Below the pieces are notes generated by a model, which saw only the letters and a list, made by a program, of their open reading frames with translations, was not told the origin of the DNA and searched no databases. DNA of 13,081 bases, from contig JBBILZ010000060.1 in the NCBI GenBank assembly GCA_037444665.1, positions 1 to 13,081 on the forward strand. The letters are read 5' to 3'. Each line of letters starts with the position of its first letter. The first letter of the stretch is position 1. The translations under genes and the position numbers were made by a program. This DNA is from a candidate division WOR-3 bacterium. Lineage in GTDB: Bacteria > Hydrothermota > Tepidihabitantia > SM23-42 > JAOAFX01. This document shows positions 9,137 through 13,081 of this stretch, in pieces.

Positions 9137-9164
9137 TTGACATTGTCCAGAAATCGGGTATAAT
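9137..9164 (+). promoter_or_regulatory. Consensus sigma70 promoter of the phosphoesterase-dipeptidase unit; probably leaderless
   Basis: Perfect TTGACA (9137-9142), 16 bp, TATAAT (9159-9164). ATG at 9172 after 7 nt, with no Shine-Dalgarno. Confidence 0.78.
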
Positions 9165-9171
9165 CCTGTTC

Positions 9172-10254
9172 ATGATGAACTTATTGATTTCTAGTTTTTT
9201 TATTACTTCATCCGTTTTCGGCCAGATTGGAAGCCTTGAAGCAAAGAACTTTAGTGGTTTCAATTCATTACCATATTTGACACCTGCACTTTCACCTGCA
9301 ACATCCGTAATAATCAACTGGAATACGGAAAAAATTTCTTCAAGTGCACTTGCCTATGGAACTTCATTGTCCCTTGAAGACACAATTTACATTGAACAAA
9401 GGACTAATTTTCATCACATTATCCTAAGCAATCTGCAAGCCAATACTGAATATTATTATCAAATTTTACCTGCCGGTCCGGTCTATAAATTTAGAACCCT
9501 GCCTGTTTCTCCTGATTCTTTCAGTTTTGTTATAGTTGGTGATACGAGAAGTGATTCAATAAAGCACCAGTTAGTTATTGACCAGATAGCAAAATACAAT
9601 TTTGATTTTTTGGTCCATACTGGAGACCTGATAGGACATGGCTATAGCACTGATGATTGGAGAACATTTTTTAATATTGAAGGTAAAATTCTTAGCCAGA
9701 AGATATTTTTGCCCACAATTGGAAATCATGAAAAACCATTCTGGCAATATGATACACTGTTTGCTTTACCGGGAGTTGAATACTTTTATTCTTTTCCTTA
9801 TGCCAATATCTATTTTTTATGCTTAAATACAGAAATGGAATTGAATGGTATTCAGCAAAAATGGCTTGTGAATGAACTTAGCCGAATAGTAAGCGATACC
9901 ACGATTGATTGGCTCTTTGTCAATCTGCACCGTCCGCCTTATTCATCAGGGAGCCATGGTAGTGCCCTTGATGTGCGCACAGCCTGGTGTCCAATATTTG
10001 AAAAATATGGTGTGGACATTGTCTTTTGCGGACACAACCATTCTTATGAGCGGACAAAAAAGATAGAAGGTGTTATTTATATAACCTGTGCTGGTGGTGG
10101 TGCACCATTATATGATATCAGCAGCAATGAATGGACTGAATACACATTAAAAGATTATCATTTCTGTCTTGTTACAATCAAAGGCAAGAAACTGACATTG
10201 CAGGCTATTACCGCAGATGGAAAAAAAATTGATTCGCTAACCTTGAGGAAGTAG
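9172..10254 (+). CDS. Probably secreted calcineurin-like metallophosphoesterase with N-terminal FN3-like domain (purple acid phosphatase-like architecture)
   Basis: Signal-like N-terminus; FN3-like HHIILSNLQANTEYYYQI; metal motifs GDTR, TGDL, GNHE, VNLHRP, GHNHSYER. Confidence 0.88.
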   Translation: MMNLLISSFFITSSVFGQIGSLEAKNFSGFNSLPYLTPALSPATSVIINWNTEKISSSALAYGTSLSLEDTIYIEQRTNFHHIILSNLQANTEYYYQILPAGPVYKFRTLPVSPDSFSFVIVGDTRSDSIKHQLVIDQIAKYNFDFLVHTGDLIGHGYSTDDWRTFFNIEGKILSQKIFLPTIGNHEKPFWQYDTLFALPGVEYFYSFPYANIYFLCLNTEMELNGIQQKWLVNELSRIVSDTTIDWLFVNLHRPPYSSGSHGSALDVRTAWCPIFEKYGVDIVFCGHNHSYERTKKIEGVIYITCAGGGAPLYDISSNEWTEYTLKDYHFCLVTIKGKKLTLQAITADGKKIDSLTLRK

Positions 10255-10256
10255 TT

Positions 10257-11120
10257 CTGATACCTGTTTTTGACCTCCATTGTGATACACCATTAAATAT
10301 TAAAAAAAATAGATTTAAACATATCCATCCTGAAGATTTAAAGCGACCGGTCTTTTATGGTGCAATATTTGCCCATTTTATCTATCCCCGGGAAAGAGAA
10401 CCATTTGATGCTGGTCTAAAACTCGTTTTGAATACAATACATTTTTTAAAAAAGTATCCTGAAATAAATATTGTTTATGACTTTAAAAAAATTGATGTAA
10501 AAAAGGTGAATATCATTCTTGGAGTAGAAGGGGGGCACATTTTTGATAAGACATTTAGTCAGTTTGAGACCTTTTATGAATTAGGTGTGCGAGTCTTTAC
10601 CATTACCTGGAATAATTCTAATAGATTTGCCTATTCTGCATTTGATAATGACAAAAAAGGACTCACCAGAATGGGTAAGAATTTTATAAAAATGTTAAAC
10701 GACTATGAGGTATTGATTGATACTTCCCATGCCTCAACGAGAACGGTGCTTGATGTCTGTGAAATTACTGAGAACAGGGTGTTTGCCTCGCATTCCTGCA
10801 TAAGGGCATTGAATCCATTTATAAGAAATATTGCTGATGAGGCAATAAAAGCCATTGTCCTGCGCAGAGGATTGGTAGGCATAAATTTTTCTAAAAAGCA
10901 TCTTGGAAAGTGGAGAGTAATAGACCATTTAAATTATCTTTATGAGAGATTTGGCATAGAATCAATGGGTATTGGTAGTGATTTTGATGGAATAACTGAC
11001 CCGGTCATAGACTGCCCGGCTGGATATAAAAAAATTTCCCAGAAATTGCTCAAAGAAAACTATACAAAAAAAGAAATTGAAAAAATCTTTTATAAAAATT
11101 TTCTACGGCTGTTAAAATAA
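10257..11120 (+). CDS. Membrane/renal dipeptidase family (peptidase M19); proposed CTG start at 10257
   Basis: In-frame extension upstream of the track ORF reads (M)IPVFDLHCDT, the N-terminal HxD zinc motif. Also GVEGG, ITWNNSN, IDTSH, ASHS and GIGSDFDG. Confidence 0.88.
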   Translation: MIPVFDLHCDTPLNIKKNRFKHIHPEDLKRPVFYGAIFAHFIYPREREPFDAGLKLVLNTIHFLKKYPEINIVYDFKKIDVKKVNIILGVEGGHIFDKTFSQFETFYELGVRVFTITWNNSNRFAYSAFDNDKKGLTRMGKNFIKMLNDYEVLIDTSHASTRTVLDVCEITENRVFASHSCIRALNPFIRNIADEAIKAIVLRRGLVGINFSKKHLGKWRVIDHLNYLYERFGIESMGIGSDFDGITDPVIDCPAGYKKISQKLLKENYTKKEIEKIFYKNFLRLLK

Positions 11121-11127
11121 TATAAAA

Positions 11128-12276
11128 TCAAGGTGTTACATCAGTATATCGCACAATAAATGCTGAACGGTTATAAATATCTTGCAGGGTAATATTATTT
11201 TTCTGTAAAATATCCTTAATTTCTGGTAATCGTTCTTCCACTACTTGAATATGTTTCCGTAATAGTTCACAATACTGTTTGGTTCTCATTTCAGTGCCGT
11301 AAAGAACCTGCACTGGACAACGGCCTCCGCAATAAAAATGGATATTACATTGGTAACATCCAAGATTATTTTTTAATGACTGTAGCCCATCTGGTTCTTG
11401 CTTCAGTTTTTGCCCTTGTTCAAATGGTAGGTCAATACAAGCCAGCACTTTACCACCTACCAGGTCATAATTCGTGCTCAATTCTGCACCGCAGGCAGTA
11501 TGATTCCTTTGTTTTTTTGTAATAAGGTATAATATTAATTCATTTAAGTGGGCAATTGGTAGCAATATTCCATTCTTTAATTGGTTGATATAATAATCAA
11601 CAATTTTTTTAAGAGCTGCAATATAGCGCGCAGTATAGGTGTGAAAATCTTTGAATTCTTCCTGGGTCTCAAGCCAGTGCCAGAAAAAATGGTTGACCAG
11701 TCCATTATTGTATAGTCTAATAAATTCTTCAAAGCAATTTAATAATGATTGTTCTTCACGCAAGGTGGTCCACATCAAGACATTTCCCTGATAATATTTT
11801 TTAATAAACTTTAGATTTTCTTCAATTCTTTTCAGGTCAGTGCCGATTCTAAATAGATTATGTTGAGATTCATCACCATCAATAGAAACAGCATAAAGCC
11901 AGATATTTTTTGCAACATCAGGATAATCTTTAAAGAATTGAGCAAGTTTTTCTCCATTTGTATAAATCATGTATTTTATACGAGAATCATATCCGGCATT
12001 TTTTAGTTCTTCAATAATGGGTAAAAATCTGTGTGGTTCAAGGAGCGGTTCGCCTCCATAAAAGCCAATTGTGGCAGGTAAATTGTTATGTGTTTCAAGA
12101 ATTTTTTTGATTATCTTTACATCGCGTTCAGGTTTAACTTCTAATTCTTTAAGGTCTAAATTTGAATTGTTTGTTATTGTTTGATTAATACACTCCTGAC
12201 ACCGCGCATTACATTTACCGGTAATAAAAAGGTTAATAATTAATCCGTGATCTTCCTGAAAATTAAGGGAATCCAT
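11128..12276 (-). CDS. Radical SAM protein with C-terminal SPASM-type domain; substrate unknown
   Basis: C22xxxC26xxC29 (CNARCQEC), FYGGEPLL, YTNG, VSIDG. C-terminal seven Cys: ACG...GKVLAC...CYQC-x5-CGGRC-x15-C. Confidence 0.92.
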   Translation of the reverse strand: MDSLNFQEDHGLIINLFITGKCNARCQECINQTITNNSNLDLKELEVKPERDVKIIKKILETHNNLPATIGFYGGEPLLEPHRFLPIIEELKNAGYDSRIKYMIYTNGEKLAQFFKDYPDVAKNIWLYAVSIDGDESQHNLFRIGTDLKRIEENLKFIKKYYQGNVLMWTTLREEQSLLNCFEEFIRLYNNGLVNHFFWHWLETQEEFKDFHTYTARYIAALKKIVDYYINQLKNGILLPIAHLNELILYLITKKQRNHTACGAELSTNYDLVGGKVLACIDLPFEQGQKLKQEPDGLQSLKNNLGCYQCNIHFYCGGRCPVQVLYGTEMRTKQYCELLRKHIQVVEERLPEIKDILQKNNITLQDIYNRSAFIVRYTDVTP

Positions 12277-12277
12277 T

Positions 12278-12319
12278 TTATATGTATACTTCTAACTCAA
12301 TACTCGGTGATTGTTCCAA
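12278..12319 (-). CDS. Candidate 13-aa peptide MEQSPSIELEVYI (possible precursor or leader peptide for the radical SAM gene)
   Basis: Minus strand AAAGGA (12331-12326), 6 nt, then TTG GAA CAA TCA CCG AGT ATT GAG TTA GAA GTA TAC ATA TAA, one A, and the rSAM ATG. No homology evidence. Confidence 0.35.
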   Translation of the reverse strand: MEQSPSIELEVYI

Positions 12320-12354
12320 TGGTAATCCTTTAATAATTTAAAAATAATTTCTAA

Positions 12355-12427
12355 TGGAGGTGAGCGGAGTCGAACCGCCGACCTATGCGTTGCAAACGCA
12401 TTGCTCTCCCAGCTGAGCTACACCCCC
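12355..12427 (-). tRNA. tRNA-Ala (anticodon TGC), 73 nt, 3' CCA not encoded
   Basis: GGGGGTG/CACCTCC acceptor stem with G3.U70 and discriminator A; D arm GCTC...GAGC; anticodon arm ATGCG-TTTGCAA-CGCAT; T arm GGCGG-TTCGACT-CCGCT. Confidence 0.97.
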
Positions 12428-12436
12428 TTTGGCAGA

Positions 12437-12511
12437 TCGTCATACGGGTAACGGTTACGAGAAAAGCGTTATTAGTCTTGTTGCCCTTCGCAACCGATAA
12501 CCGATTAACGA
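12437..12511. repeat. Imperfect inverted repeat built from 7-bp units (3 per arm)
   Basis: Left arm TCGTCAT-ACGGGTA-ACGGTTA-CGA (from 12437); right arm TCG-CAACCGA-TAACCGA-TTAACGA (to 12511). Confidence 0.7.
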
Positions 12512-12515
12512 GTTG

Positions 12516-13079
12516 CTAGAATCTTCCGAAGTTCAGGTCCAGACCGAATGATTTAAAAAATGTCAGGTTTTTATCAAAAAGCCGTTCTTGATTAAGATGA
12601 AAATCAAGATTGAATTCCCTTATGCGCAGACCAATACCCGGTTCAACCTGCCATTCAACAGGCACAAAATCTTCATTGAATTTCTCACGGGCGCCCATTC
12701 TCAAACAAAATGTTTTGTTCAAAGGAAGTTCAAAACCCGCAAAACAATAGGCAAAGTCTGCCTCAATATCTCCTTGCTCTAAAAGATATTCTGCTCCTAA
12801 AATAACAAAACCGTCATTGAGTATGAGTTTTTGCAATGCTAATCCAATATTATGGCTCTGATAATCATATGGTTCAGACTGGATATTCACTGAATATCTT
12901 GGTATAAGGATATATTCGCTCTTCCGCCATAATATTCTCAGGTTAATATTGAATCCTTCGTTGAGATTTGTCTCATTGTTGATTATTCCTGAAATATCAA
13001 TTCGTGAATTGAATGTTGAATAACCGATTCCCATACCAAAGCGATTGTGGTCTTTGACCGGACATCCCATAATGCCGAG
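12516..13079 (-). CDS. Probable outer-membrane beta-barrel protein, C-terminal part; 5'-truncated by the window edge
   Basis: The frame stays open to the edge (...LGIMGCPV). Alternating amphipathic strands (FGMGIGYS, FVILGAEY, PGIGLRI, FGLDLNF) and a terminal Phe. Confidence 0.65.
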   Translation of the reverse strand, partial: LGIMGCPVKDHNRFGMGIGYSTFNSRIDISGIINNETNLNEGFNINLRILWRKSEYILIPRYSVNIQSEPYDYQSHNIGLALQKLILNDGFVILGAEYLLEQGDIEADFAYCFAGFELPLNKTFCLRMGAREKFNEDFVPVEWQVEPGIGLRIREFNLDFHLNQERLFDKNLTFFKSFGLDLNFGRF

Positions 13080-13081
13080 TT

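Noticed and set aside
9108..10928. ORFs 9108..9317 (-), 9638..9826 (+) and 10734..10928 (-)
   Set aside because: They overlap supported genes or promoters and have no motifs.
11121..12427. Integrative element at tRNA-Ala
   Set aside because: No integrase and no duplicated tRNA 3' end (att site) found by eye in the window.
12437..12511. Hairpin as a Rho-independent terminator or CRISPR remnant
   Set aside because: It has no U-tract, a long loop and an imperfect stem; the units are 7 bp with no spacers, and there are no cas genes.
12588..12782. 64-aa + strand ORF as a possible rSAM precursor peptide
   Set aside because: It is antisense within the beta-barrel gene and opposite in orientation to the rSAM.

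Overview
An AT-rich, densely packed bacterial chromosomal segment, mostly housekeeping. In order: 3' end of a sensor histidine kinase, truA, transaldolase, DegP/HtrA protease, winged-helix hypothetical, zincin minimal metalloprotease, MGDG-synthase/UgtP-like glycosyltransferase, lipoprotein, MFS transporter, small TPR protein, nadB, secreted metallophosphoesterase, M19 dipeptidase, radical SAM/SPASM enzyme, tRNA-Ala(TGC) and the 3' part of a probable outer-membrane beta-barrel gene. The most interesting part is the right end. An unannotated 13-codon ORF (TTG start, own Shine-Dalgarno, MEQSPSIELEVYI, with an E-x3-Y motif) lies between the tRNA and the SPASM enzyme and stops 1 nt before its ATG, making a candidate minimal peptide-modification system. 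The converging M19 dipeptidase appears to need a CTG start. A heptamer-built hairpin precedes the tRNA. All five recognisable sigma70-type promoters have 16-bp spacers, and three look leaderless. No mobile element, CRISPR array or rRNA was seen. All calls come from reading motifs by eye; no searches were run.
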